From a bacterium (GTDB taxonomy: Bacteria > RBG-13-61-14 > DATKZS01), in NCBI GenBank assembly GCA_963674965.2, contig CAXXFL010000005.1:512001-576000 (forward strand): 64,000 bases of DNA, given 5' to 3'. The position numbers and the translations under genes were made by a program. This document shows positions 28,521 through 38,962 of this stretch, piece by piece; position 1 is the stretch's first letter; every line of letters begins with the position of its first letter. The notes under the pieces were generated by a model. The model had not been told where the DNA came from. It did no database searches and was given only the letters and a program-made list of their open reading frames with translations.

Positions 28521-30731
28521 ATGAAGTTACTTATTGCCATAGTATTTATCTCCTCGTTCCTTTTATTTCAGATCGAGTTGATCGTCTCGAAGGCCATGCT
28601 GCCGGGGTTCGGGGGGACTTACCTCATTTTCAGCGTGAACATGGCCTTCTTTCAGGGGGTGCTGCTGGCGGGGTATCTTTACGTCAAGACCATGGACCGC
28701 CGGCTTGGTTCCCGCGCCATGTTCCCGATCCACCTCGTCTTGTTTTTCGTCTCCCTCGCCGTTTTGCCCCTCGAGGTGGTCCGGTTCTCCCGGCCCGAGC
28801 CAAGCTCGGCCACCGTGCTTCCCATCCTGGCGCTTTTGGCCGCGACCATCGGCCCGCTTTTTTTCATGCTCTCCACCACCAGCGTCTTCACGCAAAAGGT
28901 CCTGGCCGAGTCGGACCTGCCCGAGAGCGCCAATCCCTACCCTCTTTACGCCGTGTCCAACCTGGGGGCCTTCGCGGCCCTTTTTACCTATCCTTTTTTA
29001 GTCGAGCCCCTCAGCGACCTGAGGACCCAGCTTATCGCCTGGCAGGCGGGATACCTGGTACTCACCGCTCTGCACCTGCCCCTGTGGCGGATAGCCGCTC
29101 GCGGTCCCAAGCGCCCTTCGCCGACGGCCGACGGGGGCGGAGCCACCCGCGATACGCCCGGGCGGATCGTCCAATGGTTTCTTTACGCCGCGGCCGGAAG
29201 CTCGATGTTTCTCGCCGCCACCAACCTTATCACCCTCAACCTGCCGCCCCTTCCCTTTTTCTGGGTCCTGCCCCTCGGCGTTTACCTCTTGACCCTGGCG
29301 TTGAGCTACAAGAAGAAACACTTCTATCCAGCCATCGTCGAGAAGGCCGCCTTCCTGCCCGCGGCCGCCGCGCTGGTGCTTTTCCTGTTCATCACCCAGC
29401 GGGGCGTCTTTCTCGATCTGACGTTACTTCTGGCCGCGCACCTTATCATTCTCTTTTTCGTCTGCCTGGTCGCGCATGGGGAACTGGCCCGGGCCCGGCC
29501 CGATGACCGGACCGACTTGACCGGCTATTACCTGGTCATCGCGGCGGGGGGCTTCGCCGGCGGCGCCGTGGTAAGCTGGGTCGCGCCCCTGGTCTTCAAG
29601 ACGACCTCGGAATATCTGATCGGCCCCATGGCGCTTTTCATCGCCCTGGCCCTGCAGACGCCCCGGGCCCCGGCCGGCTCGCTCGGAAAATTATCTTGGG
29701 TCGCCGCGCCTCTCGTCACCCTGGCCTCCGCCGCGGCCATCGCCTACTTTTATCCCCGCCAGGGTCTGGGACTTCCCGTCCTGGCCGCCGCCCTGGCCAT
29801 ACCCGTCGTCTTTTTCCTGGCCCGGAAAATGAGGACCGCCCTGGCCGCGTCCCTGGCGCTGACGCTCGTGGTTGCCTCGTCGGGTCCCTGGCAAAAGACG
29901 CTTTTCAACAACGGGACGCTCGAGTTCATCCAGCGCAACTATTACACCATCTACAAAATTTACGACCGGGACAACATCAGGTATCTCGAGCATGGGGTCA
30001 CCATTCACGGCGCCCAATCTCTTCGGCCGGAATTCAGGCGCGTACCCCTGGGCTACTTCCATCCCTCGACCCCGATCGGGGAGATCATGACCGACGAGGA
30101 TTTCAAGCTCGGCCGCGTCGGCATCATCGGGCTGGGGGCGGGAAGCCTGGCCGCGTACGCTCGGCCGGGCCAGGTCTACGACTTTTACGAGCTGGACCCT
30201 GACAACGGGGTGGTGGCCCAAAAGTACTTCTCCTATCTGTCCGACAGCGCGGCCAGGGTCAGCCTCATTTTCGGCGACGGCCGGCTTTCCCTGTCCCGGA
30301 GGGCCGAGGCGGCCCCCTACGATATCTTTATCATCGACGCCTTTAACAGCGACTCGATCCCGGTCCATCTCATCACCGTCGAGGCCCTCGAGGAGTACCG
30401 AGAGCGCTGCGTCCCGGGCGGCTTGATCGTCTTCCATATAACCAACGGCTACCTGGACCTTTGGAACCCCCTCGAGGCCGAGGCCCGCGAGGTGGGACTC
30501 ACGGCCATGATCAAGACCAACGCCGGAAGCGTTCACCCCGAGGCCTCCACCTGCATTTGGGCCGTCCTGACCGACGACCCCCGCAAAACGCGCCGACTTC
30601 TCGAGATGGGCTTCACCCGACTTACCGGACATCCCAATACCCGCCCGGTCAAGCCCTGGCGCGACGATTACGTCAATATCTTTTCCGCCCTCGAGCCGAG
30701 CGCCCCTCTCGCCTCCCTCTTTCAGGATTGA
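28521..30731 (+). CDS. Fused membrane (MFS-like)/spermidine synthase-like SAM-dependent transferase
   Basis: Many TMs; FFQGVLLAGYLY, NPYPLYAVSNLG, HGVTIHGAQ, IIGLGAGSL, YELDP, GDGRL, IDAFNSDSIPVHL, WRDDY. Alternative start 28470. Confidence 0.9.
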   Translation: MKLLIAIVFISSFLLFQIELIVSKAMLPGFGGTYLIFSVNMAFFQGVLLAGYLYVKTMDRRLGSRAMFPIHLVLFFVSLAVLPLEVVRFSRPEPSSATVLPILALLAATIGPLFFMLSTTSVFTQKVLAESDLPESANPYPLYAVSNLGAFAALFTYPFLVEPLSDLRTQLIAWQAGYLVLTALHLPLWRIAARGPKRPSPTADGGGATRDTPGRIVQWFLYAAAGSSMFLAATNLITLNLPPLPFFWVLPLGVYLLTLALSYKKKHFYPAIVEKAAFLPAAAALVLFLFITQRGVFLDLTLLLAAHLIILFFVCLVAHGELARARPDDRTDLTGYYLVIAAGGFAGGAVVSWVAPLVFKTTSEYLIGPMALFIALALQTPRAPAGSLGKLSWVAAPLVTLASAAAIAYFYPRQGLGLPVLAAALAIPVVFFLARKMRTALAASLALTLVVASSGPWQKTLFNNGTLEFIQRNYYTIYKIYDRDNIRYLEHGVTIHGAQSLRPEFRRVPLGYFHPSTPIGEIMTDEDFKLGRVGIIGLGAGSLAAYARPGQVYDFYELDPDNGVVAQKYFSYLSDSAARVSLIFGDGRLSLSRRAEAAPYDIFIIDAFNSDSIPVHLITVEALEEYRERCVPGGLIVFHITNGYLDLWNPLEAEAREVGLTAMIKTNAGSVHPEASTCIWAVLTDDPRKTRRLLEMGFTRLTGHPNTRPVKPWRDDYVNIFSALEPSAPLASLFQD

Positions 30732-30800
30732 CCGGCCGGGACGCGCCACCCAGCCGGCGCTATATGCAATATCGTCGCGGACGAATTATTCCGTAGATTG

Positions 30801-31040
30801 TTATTTCCCTAAATACGCTTCTAAGATGGTCTTTATCAACGTATATGGAGATAAAACATATCGGCGTTTATATTCTTTAAGCGACACGTGACGTACGGTC
30901 CCGTTTGGCTTGGAGCCTCTATATAAGGGGTCTTCATCCGAGGGATATATTATAATGATAACGTCATCCGATATATATCTCCTCAGCCTCATTTCATAAT
31001 CGGGCGAACCATATTTTCCTTTTGTTCCCGTTTTTGTCAA
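30801..31040 (-). CDS. Small AT-rich hypothetical ORF
   Basis: TTG start, 79 aa, AT-rich; may be part of a decayed gene. Confidence 0.3.
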   Translation of the reverse strand: MTKTGTKGKYGSPDYEMRLRRYISDDVIIIIYPSDEDPLYRGSKPNGTVRHVSLKEYKRRYVLSPYTLIKTILEAYLGK

Positions 31041-31100
31041 TTAAGGCTCTTGTATAGACGGCCACGTCCTTTCTCAATCTTATCGGCTTTTGTTTTTCGT

Positions 31101-31346
31101 CTATATACCAGACCTCAATGTCCCGAAGGCCGTTACAGCGTCATCCATGCGCCGTCCCGATTCCGGATAAGCTTCAATCTCGGAGAAATATTTGACTTGG
31201 GCCGCGAATATAGCGCCCAAATATTTTCCCGTTCCATACTCTACGGGCTTGGGACTACCCGCCTTGGATATTTCCTGATAAACAAGTAACGCGCCGCAAA
31301 CCGACCCGGCGGCCAAGCCGAGCAAAAACCAGCGCGCCTTCTTCAT
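31101..31346 (-). CDS. Small membrane-anchored pilin-like protein, possibly frameshifted
   Basis: MKKARWFLLGLAAGSVCG TM; LGAIFAAQVKYFSE resembles the type IVa pilin alpha1-C segment; paralogous to 31351-31572. Confidence 0.55.
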   Translation of the reverse strand: MKKARWFLLGLAAGSVCGALLVYQEISKAGSPKPVEYGTGKYLGAIFAAQVKYFSEIEAYPESGRRMDDAVTAFGTLRSGI

Positions 31347-31350
31347 CAAC

Positions 31351-31572
31351 TTAGTCGCTTGAATAAGTCGTGTCGCCATGGAACCGGCCAGACTCGGGAT
31401 AATCGTTGTTTTCGCCGAAATAGTTCACGTCGGTTACGGTGAATCCCGGAGGTCCCAATTTATCGGCTCCGCAGGCCGCAGAGGACTGATGGTTTAAAAA
31501 AAGCCACAAGGCGGCCACGCCGCAAGCCTCCCCGATGCCCACGCCCAGCAAAAACCAGTGTTTCCTTTTCAT
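31351..31572 (-). CDS. Small membrane-anchored protein, paralogue of 31101-31346
   Basis: MKRKHWFLLGVGIGEACG TM and VNYFGENNDYPESGR, both shared with the neighbour. Confidence 0.55.
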   Translation of the reverse strand: MKRKHWFLLGVGIGEACGVAALWLFLNHQSSAACGADKLGPPGFTVTDVNYFGENNDYPESGRFHGDTTYSSD

Positions 31573-31588
31573 TTCTTCCCCATTTCGA

Positions 31589-31696
31589 TCAGACAGGCAT
31601 TATTTCCCATAATACGATTATTCCCACGGACCCGATCACGCCGAAAATGAAACCCACCACCAATCCGCCGGCAAAACTGAGGACCTTCCATGCCAT
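31589..31696 (-). CDS. 35-aa single-TM small protein (not in ORF track)
   Basis: MAWKVLSFAGGLVVGFIFGVIGSVGIIVLWEIMPV-stop with GAGGAAG immediately upstream; GxxxG-rich helix. Confidence 0.5.
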   Translation of the reverse strand: MAWKVLSFAGGLVVGFIFGVIGSVGIIVLWEIMPV

Positions 31697-32093
31697 CTTC
31701 CTCGTCCTTTCTTGTCAAGACTTTCCGAGATTCACTTACAAAAGCGGCGCCAGGCGGCGCGGAAATCTCCATCCGTCCGACTTCATTGGAAATTTTCATC
31801 CGCCTGATCCGGGGATCGCGGTCAATAGCAATGTAGAAAGCGTCCCGGGTGAGGAGAAAATTATATAGGTGGGCCGAAAGGGTAATAAGGGCTGGGTCTT
31901 TCAGGGTTCAATATTTGGCGACAATGATCGGTATATGCGGAAGGGCGGGCTGAATTTCCTCCATGCCGGAAGGCGGGAAACGGGTAGCGGCCAGCCGGAA
32001 AGGGCGGCGTAAAATGGGCGGCATACGCGCGGATAACCCGGCGTGATCGCGAGAATAAACGGCTTTTCTTCATCTTGCGAAACGGAGCATTTC

Positions 32094-32122
32094 TTGACAC
32101 TTTCGGGGCGCTCTGGCATAAT
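32094..32122 (+). promoter_or_regulatory. Sigma70-like promoter
   Basis: TTGACA-17 nt-CATAAT with extended -10 TG. Confidence 0.6.
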
Positions 32123-32226
32123 TTCATAGTTCGGGGACCGTCTCTTTCAACCCGCTCCGGCGGTTGAAACGGTTCAGTGGTAGTCGTCGAGCGGTTCCAA
32201 CAGCATCTTTCAAGGAGGGAAGTATA

Positions 32227-34281
32227 ATGTCCTTAATGCCGGGAAGCGGTCTGTTTTTCGCGGTGCTCGAGATAGTATTGAGCGCGGCGGCGATCATCAT
32301 TTTTTTCCGACTGGTTTACGAGCGGATCATCAAGCTCTTGTCGCAGGGCCAGTCCGAGATCAGGTGGGACAACCTGGCCGACCGGGTCAAGGCCGTCGTT
32401 GTAAACGTGCTCGGTCAGAACAAGCTCCTTCTTCGCAATCCGGCCGGCATAGTCCACTTCTTCATTTTCTGGGGATTCATGCTGCTCGGGCTTACCATCG
32501 CCAACTTCCTTTTGGACGGGCTGTGGCACATGCATCTTCCCTTTACCAAGGGTTACTTCTGGTACCACTTCGTAATGGACACCTTTATACTTCTGGTCCT
32601 TCTCGCCATGGGCTGGGCCCTTTACCGCAGGCTGGTTTTGAAGCCCAAGGAGATGGAGCTCTCGGGCCAGGCCATCATGATCCTCAGCCTTATCAGCGCC
32701 ATGATGATCACGGACCTGATGATCTCGGGCGCGGAGATTCTCAAAGGCGAGGCCATGCCGGGCGGCTACATGAGCGCCCTGGCCGCGGGCGTCTGGTCGG
32801 CCCTGGGCGTGGGCAAGGAAGGCGCCAAGTACGCCTACGCCGTTTCCTGGTGGCTCCACTTCTTCGTGTTCTTCGGCTTCCTCAACTTCCTGCCGCTCTC
32901 GAAGCACCAGCACATCATGACGGCGCCCTTCAACGTGTTCTTCTCGAGTCTCCAGCCGAAGGGGCGGGTTCAGTACATCCCCGGCCTGGAGGAGCGCGAG
33001 ACCTGGGGCGTTAACACCATTCCCGAGTTCACCTGGAAGCAACTTCTGGACGGCGTCACCTGCCAGGAATGCGGCCGGTGCGAGCTGGTGTGCCCGGCCA
33101 ACTTCACGGGCAAGCCCCTCTCCCCCAAGAAGCTCCATCTCGACATCAAGCACCTCATGCTGGAGGAAGGCTATCTCGAGGCAGGCGCGGATCGCAAGGC
33201 CGTGATCGGCGAGGGCGAGAACCAGATTACGAAGGACGAGCTTTGGGCCTGCACCAACTGTGGGGCCTGCGTTTACGAGTGCCCGGTCATGAACGAGCAC
33301 ATCCAGAAGATCATCGACCTTCGCCGCTACCTCACCCTGATGGAGGGCGACCTTCCCAGCGAGGGCCAGGTGGCGCTTCAGAACATGGAAAAGAACTCGA
33401 ACCCCTGGGGCGTCGGCTTCGACAAAAGGGCCGAGTGGGCCGAGGGCCTGGACGTGCCCGTTTACGGCGCGGGCGTGGACGAGGACGTGGAGTACTGCTT
33501 CTACGTGGGATGCGCCGGGGCCTTCGACGACCGCAACAAGAAGATCGCCCGGGGCATGGCCAAGATACTGAAGGCGGCGGGCGTCAAGTTCGCCATCCTG
33601 GGGCAAGAGGAGCAGTGCTGCGGCGACTCGGCCAGGCGTCTTGGCAACGAATACCTTTACCAGATACTGGCCACCACCAACATGCAGGCCATGTACACCT
33701 ACGGGGTGAAGAAGATCGTGACCTGCTGCCCCCACGGCTTCAACACCATCAAGAACGAGTACCCGCAGTTCGAGCAGGTGACCCGCGACGCCATGGAGGA
33801 CCCGGAGTTCAAGTGGAACGTCGAGGTCAAGCACTCCACCGAGCTGATCTGGGAGCTCATCCAGTCCGGCCGGCTCCAGATACCCAAGACCCTGGACATG
33901 ACCGTGACCCTGCACGACTCCTGCTTCCTGGGAAGGCACAACGATATCTACGACGCGCCCCGCAATATTCTCAGCGCCCTGGGCGTGACCCTTCGCGAGA
34001 TGGAGCGCCGCGAGGGAAGAAGCTTCTGCTGCGGCGCGGGCGGCGGCCGGATGTGGCTCGAGGAGCATCACGGGCACGAGAAGATTTTCATCGAGCGCTC
34101 CCGCGAGGCCGTGAACACGGGGGTCAAGGAAGTGGCGGTGGCCTGCCCCTTCTGCCTCACCATGTTCGAGGACGGCATCAAGAACCTCGAGAAGGACGAG
34201 GAAGTCAAGACCTACGACCTGGTCGAGCTGGTGGCCATGGCCATCGAGGGCGCGGCCGCCAAGGGAGAGGAAGCGGCCTGA
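32227..34281 (+). CDS. Membrane-bound Fe-S oxidoreductase (FadF/HdrD-GlpC type: TM domain, two 4Fe-4S motifs, two CCG domains)
   Basis: AAGGAGG RBS; N-terminal TMs; CQECGRCELVCP, CTNCGACVYECP, EQCCG, HDSCFLGR, CCGAGGG, ACPFC. Confidence 0.92.
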   Translation: MSLMPGSGLFFAVLEIVLSAAAIIIFFRLVYERIIKLLSQGQSEIRWDNLADRVKAVVVNVLGQNKLLLRNPAGIVHFFIFWGFMLLGLTIANFLLDGLWHMHLPFTKGYFWYHFVMDTFILLVLLAMGWALYRRLVLKPKEMELSGQAIMILSLISAMMITDLMISGAEILKGEAMPGGYMSALAAGVWSALGVGKEGAKYAYAVSWWLHFFVFFGFLNFLPLSKHQHIMTAPFNVFFSSLQPKGRVQYIPGLEERETWGVNTIPEFTWKQLLDGVTCQECGRCELVCPANFTGKPLSPKKLHLDIKHLMLEEGYLEAGADRKAVIGEGENQITKDELWACTNCGACVYECPVMNEHIQKIIDLRRYLTLMEGDLPSEGQVALQNMEKNSNPWGVGFDKRAEWAEGLDVPVYGAGVDEDVEYCFYVGCAGAFDDRNKKIARGMAKILKAAGVKFAILGQEEQCCGDSARRLGNEYLYQILATTNMQAMYTYGVKKIVTCCPHGFNTIKNEYPQFEQVTRDAMEDPEFKWNVEVKHSTELIWELIQSGRLQIPKTLDMTVTLHDSCFLGRHNDIYDAPRNILSALGVTLREMERREGRSFCCGAGGGRMWLEEHHGHEKIFIERSREAVNTGVKEVAVACPFCLTMFEDGIKNLEKDEEVKTYDLVELVAMAIEGAAAKGEEAA

Positions 34282-34299
34282 GTCAAAAAGAATTAAGCC

Positions 34300-34333
34300 A
34301 AAAGGGACGTCTCGATGGGGCGTCCCTTTTTTT
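34300..34333 (+). terminator. Intrinsic terminator
   Basis: AAAAGGGACGTC...GGCGTCCCTTTTTTT. Confidence 0.8.
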
Positions 34334-34366
34334 GGCCGCCCCGGCGGCGGCGGCGAGGGGGCATAG

Positions 34367-35341
34367 GTGATTCCCCATGACGTAAAAAGAGTGGTGGTTT
34401 TTCACGCCGGCGCGCTTGGCGACCTGGTGAACACCCTGCCCTCGATCGTCGCCCTTCGCTCGCTTTTCGGCGAGGCCCGCTTCACCATGGTGGGCAACGC
34501 GACGTTTTCGGGGTTGTTCCGGGACCTGGGGGTAATCGATGAGGTCCGACCGCTCGAGGCCCCCGGCATGCACGAGCTTTTCGGCGAGGGCCCGGCCAAG
34601 GGTCCCGCGGCCGAGTTCGTTTTGTCCTTCGACCTGGCCGTGACCTGGATCAGGTCGCCCGCCCTGCTCGAGAACCTGATCAACCTCGGCCTTCCCACCT
34701 CGGCTCCCCGGGCCGAGTTCCCGCCTCCCCCCGGATCGCGCCACGCCACCGAGTACATGTCCGAGCCGGCCCTGGCCCTCGGGGCCAGGATCGCGGACTG
34801 GCGGCCCAGGCTCGAGATCGGCCGAGCGAAAATCAAAGGGGCGCCCGAGTTCCCGGGCGTCATCATCCATCCCGGCAGCGGATCGGAGCGCAAGAACTGG
34901 CCCGCGGAAAGGTTCGCCGAGGCGGCCGCGGCCCTCAAGGAAAGGACGGGACTCGAGACGGCCCTCCTCGAGGGACCGGCCGATCGAAAGGCGGTCCAGG
35001 AGGTCATCGCCGCCGGCAAGGGCCGGGAGGCCAAGGTCTTCAGGGACCTTGGCGCGTTGGAGTTGGCGGGCCTTCTTTCCTCGGCCCGGCTGGTGGTGGG
35101 AAACGACTCGGGGGTTTGCCATTTGGCCGGCGCGTTGGGCACGCCGGTCGTGGCCGTGTTCGGTCCCACCGACCCCGGCGTCTGGGGCGTAAGGCAGGAC
35201 AACGCCGTGAACCTTTCTCCCCACGCGGACTGCGCTCCCTGCCCGCGGGAGGTCATGCTGGCCTGCAAGGATGAGGATTGCCTTAAAAGCGTGATGACGA
35301 GGGAGGTCGTTTTCGCGGGGTCAAGGCTTTTGGGCGCGTAG
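34367..35341 (+). CDS. Glycosyltransferase family 9 (heptosyltransferase-like)
   Basis: GALGD, IHPGSG..KNWP, GNDSGVCHLA, AVFGPTDP..W. Confidence 0.9.
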   Translation: MIPHDVKRVVVFHAGALGDLVNTLPSIVALRSLFGEARFTMVGNATFSGLFRDLGVIDEVRPLEAPGMHELFGEGPAKGPAAEFVLSFDLAVTWIRSPALLENLINLGLPTSAPRAEFPPPPGSRHATEYMSEPALALGARIADWRPRLEIGRAKIKGAPEFPGVIIHPGSGSERKNWPAERFAEAAAALKERTGLETALLEGPADRKAVQEVIAAGKGREAKVFRDLGALELAGLLSSARLVVGNDSGVCHLAGALGTPVVAVFGPTDPGVWGVRQDNAVNLSPHADCAPCPREVMLACKDEDCLKSVMTREVVFAGSRLLGA

Positions 35342-35353
35342 GATTCGAGGCCG

Positions 35354-36769
35354 TCAATACTCCGAGGCGTCCTCAGACTCCTCCTCGCTCGCGGGGGACA
35401 CCCGCTTCTTCCACTTAACGAAGGTCTTTTCCGTTTTGCGCGTCCAGCTTGAAAGGGCCGACTCGTCGGCCTCGGCCGGGTAATCCATGTAGGCCTCGAG
35501 GGCGCGAAGCGGGCCGCGCGACAATCCGGCCAGCCTGGCCACCAGCCCTGGCCTTTGCATGAGCCGCCTGCCCGCCGACAGGACCGAGCTTAGGGGAAGC
35601 TCGAGGGGCATGCACTCGAGGGCCCCTTTTACCGCCTCGCCCGTGATCAGTCCGGCCCCGAACACGCGGCTCATCTCGTCGGGCGTCAGGGTAAGGGCGA
35701 AGCGCCTGAACAGCTCGGAGTTGGCCTGGGCCGCTCCTCTTGACCGCATGTACCTTACGTTGTAATCCCAAAGGGACTCGCGCGTGGCCTGGCCCCCGCC
35801 CGAGAGGGCCCCGGCCGCCACCTCGCCCAGTATCTTGCCCGCCAGAAGCGCCGAGGCCACTCCCGAGGCGTGCATGGGTATGGCCTGGCAGGCCGCGTCG
35901 CCCACCAGGGCCAGGCCGTCGGCCACGAAGGAATCCAAGGGCCGCCGCACCGGCGTCATGCCCCCGCCGCCCTCGATGAAGTCCCCTATCCAGTGGTGGG
36001 ACTGGACGTAGTTCTCGACCATTTCCCGGGCCGAGCGGACCCCGGCCTCCCGGGCCACTCCCGCCGTCACGATGACGGCGTCGGCGTCGAGGTCCACGTA
36101 GATGGAGAAAAGGGAGTAGGGTCCCATGAAGCCGAAGCGGCAGACGTTGACCTGGGGCCTTATCCTGTTGCGCTCGAGCAGGTCCATGATCAAGTCCCGC
36201 TCGACCGCGCAGGTGGCCTGCCACAGGTCGCAGACGTCGCGGGGATCGATCTGGCGCTCGACGCCCATGCCGTCGTCCAGGCCGTGGCGGAGCACGCCGT
36301 GGATGCCGCTGGCGTCGATGGTAAGGGGGGCGAAAAGCTCGAGCAGCCTGCCGTCGGCGCTCGATCCCACCACCCCCGTGACCTTGCCGGACTGGATGGC
36401 CGGGCCCGAGACGGTGGTCTCGAACATGAACCTGGCCCCGGCGCGCTGGGCGGCCTCGACCAGGGCGGTCATGTACTCGCGCATTCTGAAGCTGATGATG
36501 GGCAGGTCCCGGACCCGGAGCTTGTGCTTGCCGTCGGGGGAAATGATCTCGGTGGACATGGCGGGCTCGCGTCGCACCGGCGGCTTGGGCTCGGTCAGGC
36601 CCGTCTCGGAAAACACGCTCCGCTCGACGGCCACGCGGATGGGACGCCCCACCCGCTCGAAGGGCTTGCGCTCGAGCACGAGCACGTCGAGACCCTTCCG
36701 GGCCAGGATGGCCGCCGCCATCACGCCTCCTGGTCCCGCTCCGGTAATTATTACGTCAGCGTCGGCCAT
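35354..36769 (-). CDS. FAD-dependent oxidoreductase, geranylgeranyl reductase-like
   Basis: DVIITGAGPGG, IDASG, LVGDAACQAIPMHASG. Confidence 0.85.
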   Translation of the reverse strand: MADADVIITGAGPGGVMAAAILARKGLDVLVLERKPFERVGRPIRVAVERSVFSETGLTEPKPPVRREPAMSTEIISPDGKHKLRVRDLPIISFRMREYMTALVEAAQRAGARFMFETTVSGPAIQSGKVTGVVGSSADGRLLELFAPLTIDASGIHGVLRHGLDDGMGVERQIDPRDVCDLWQATCAVERDLIMDLLERNRIRPQVNVCRFGFMGPYSLFSIYVDLDADAVIVTAGVAREAGVRSAREMVENYVQSHHWIGDFIEGGGGMTPVRRPLDSFVADGLALVGDAACQAIPMHASGVASALLAGKILGEVAAGALSGGGQATRESLWDYNVRYMRSRGAAQANSELFRRFALTLTPDEMSRVFGAGLITGEAVKGALECMPLELPLSSVLSAGRRLMQRPGLVARLAGLSRGPLRALEAYMDYPAEADESALSSWTRKTEKTFVKWKKRVSPASEEESEDASEY

Positions 36770-36900
36770 AAGCCCCCTCAAGTAGGACGCGATCGAACCT
36801 GGGTCCTCGGGCCTCGGCGCAAGACCTCGCCCGGCGGACCGCGTTCGATTGTAGCACTATAATTCCGCGGGGCAAAAAAGGCGGAAAGGCAGGCGCCCGT

Positions 36901-38586
36901 CTAGAAGCCGAGGGAGGCCCAGGCTTCGGCCTGGCGGTCGTTATCCTCGAACAGGGCCTTCTCGACCGCCTCGAGGAGGGGCCGCAGGGTCTTCCTGTCA
37001 AGGGCCGATACGGCCACCGAGCCGGGCCGGAGGGAAAGGCGGAGGTTGCGCTCGAAAGGCTCGATCTTGTCCACCTTGTTGAAGGCGAGCACGCGGGGAA
37101 CGCCGATCAGCTCGAGGTCCTCGAGTATGCGCTCGACCGCCTTGACCTGGCCCTCCCAGGAAGGGTCCGAGGCGTCGACCACGTGGATGAAAAGGTCGGC
37201 GTCCTCGAGTTCCTCGAGGGTGGCCCGGAAGGCCTCGTAAAGGTCGCGGGGAAGCTCGTGGATGAAGCCCACCGTGTCGGTGACGATGATCTCCCGCTCG
37301 CGGGGAAAGCGAAGGCGACGGCTGGTGGGATCGAGGGTGGCGAAAAGCTTGTCCTCCACGTCCACCGCCCCGTCCGTGAGCTGGTTAAGAAGCGTGGACT
37401 TGCCCGCGTTCGTGTAACCCACGATCGAGACCACCGGCACGCCCCGCGACACGCGGCGCTCCCGTTTCTGGACCCGGGTGCGGCGCATGTTCTCGAGGTC
37501 CTTCTCGAGGCGGCCGATCCGCTCGCGCACCCGGCGGCGGTCGATCTCGAGCTTGGTCTCGCCCGGTCCCCTCCCCCCGATGCCGCCCATGAGGCGGGAC
37601 ATGTCCACGCCCCGGCCCACCAGACGGGGAAGGTTGTAGCGAAGCTGGGCCAGCTCGACCTGAATCTTGCCCTCCCTGGTCTTGGCCCGCTGGGCGAAGA
37701 TGTCCAGGATGAGCTGGCTTCGGTCGATGACCTTAAGCTCGGTGATCTTCTGCAGGGAATTCACCTGGGCCGGCGTCAACTCGCGGTCGAAGATGAGGGT
37801 CACGGCCCCGAGCTGCATGGCCTTCATTACCAGCTCCCTGATCTTGCCCGGGCCGATCACCGTGCGCGGGTGAATCTTTTGGCGCCTTTGCGCCATCTCG
37901 GCCAGCACGTCGACGCCGGCGCTTCGGGCCAACTCCCTGAGCTCGGCCAGTCCGTCGATGCCGTTCTCGGCGCTTGCGTCCTTTTCGCCGGCAAGGACTA
38001 TGCCGGTCAGGATGACGCCCTCCTTGCCCTTTCCTTTGAGGGGGGGACGGGAACGGGCGAACTCCTCCTCCAGGGAACGCATGAGATCGAGGAAGTCGAT
38101 ATCCAGCCTGCCGGGCGCGAAAGGAGGATATGTCTCGACCGTCTTGCCCTCGGGGTTCTCGGGCAGAAGGTGAGCCAAAAAGGACGGGCCGGGAAAGCCC
38201 TCTTCATCCACCGCCACGGCCAGGACCAGGTCGAAGCGGAGCAGGATAAGGTCGGTCAGGTCGTCGTCGTTCAATGGCTCTTGGGCCAGATGGGTGTGAA
38301 GATATCTAAGGCCGCGAAAGCGGGAGGCGTCTCCCCGACTTCGGCCCAGGTCTGGCAGCATGATCGAGCCCGCGTCTCCCACCATGACCCGCTCGACCTG
38401 GCCCCGACGGTTGACCAGTACGCCGATCTGGCGGCCGACCGAGCTGGACAGGCCGCAAAGCTCGCGGCTGAACTCCTGGGTGGTTATCTCGCCCGGGGGC
38501 AGGCGTCTTCGGAGGAGGCGGGATATCTCGTCTTTCTTCTGCTTGCCAAGGCCCTTTAAGTTCCCGTGTATTTTGTCCTGACTCAT
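36901..38586 (-). CDS. hflX: GTPase HflX with N-terminal extension
   Basis: [45 protein letters not shown]. Confidence 0.96.
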   Translation of the reverse strand: MSQDKIHGNLKGLGKQKKDEISRLLRRRLPPGEITTQEFSRELCGLSSSVGRQIGVLVNRRGQVERVMVGDAGSIMLPDLGRSRGDASRFRGLRYLHTHLAQEPLNDDDLTDLILLRFDLVLAVAVDEEGFPGPSFLAHLLPENPEGKTVETYPPFAPGRLDIDFLDLMRSLEEEFARSRPPLKGKGKEGVILTGIVLAGEKDASAENGIDGLAELRELARSAGVDVLAEMAQRRQKIHPRTVIGPGKIRELVMKAMQLGAVTLIFDRELTPAQVNSLQKITELKVIDRSQLILDIFAQRAKTREGKIQVELAQLRYNLPRLVGRGVDMSRLMGGIGGRGPGETKLEIDRRRVRERIGRLEKDLENMRRTRVQKRERRVSRGVPVVSIVGYTNAGKSTLLNQLTDGAVDVEDKLFATLDPTSRRLRFPREREIIVTDTVGFIHELPRDLYEAFRATLEELEDADLFIHVVDASDPSWEGQVKAVERILEDLELIGVPRVLAFNKVDKIEPFERNLRLSLRPGSVAVSALDRKTLRPLLEAVEKALFEDNDRQAEAWASLGF

Positions 38587-38621
38587 GGATTATATCGGAC
38601 CGCCTCCAGACGGCGGCAAAG

Positions 38622-38646
38622 AAAAAACCGTCCCCCCCGGGACGGC
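38622..38646 (-). terminator. Terminator after tRNA-Gly
   Basis: Minus strand CCGTCCC...GGGACGG followed by TTTTTTT. Confidence 0.7.
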
Positions 38647-38657
38647 AAACTTGAAGA

Positions 38658-38732
<75 letters not shown>

Positions 38733-38754
38733 TTTATGTGATCTCACGTCTACT

Positions 38755-38782
38755 AGATTACTAAAAAGGGCCGCGATGTCAA
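38755..38782 (-). promoter_or_regulatory. Sigma70 promoter for tRNA-Gly
   Basis: TTGACA-16 nt-TAATCT on the minus strand. Confidence 0.65.
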
Positions 38783-38820
38783 GAGCAAAAGCGCTTGAAG
38801 TTACCCCGTTTTTAAAAATT

Positions 38821-38962
38821 GGGATGTACGGCTCGTGGCGGTCTGTAAATAAATCAAAGGCCAAGCCCGAAGGGCTTTGTACCCCATCCTTTCCGTAGGC
38901 TGGCGCCTACGGCAGACCGAAGGTCCCGTCTGCATCCGGGAACCCCTCGGGTTGGAACCGGA
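38821..38962. other. Hairpin-rich intergenic element (ncRNA or ssDNA/REP-like)
   Basis: GGATGTA/TGCATCC and CGGTCTG/CAGACCG long-range stems; AAGCCC-GAA-GGGCTT, CCGTAGGC-TGGC-GCCTACGG and GACC-GAA-GGTC hairpins. Confidence 0.4.

Noticed and set aside
31569-31799. 76-aa ORF from the track
   Set aside because: The overlapping frame 31589-31696 gives a better RBS and a coherent TM peptide.
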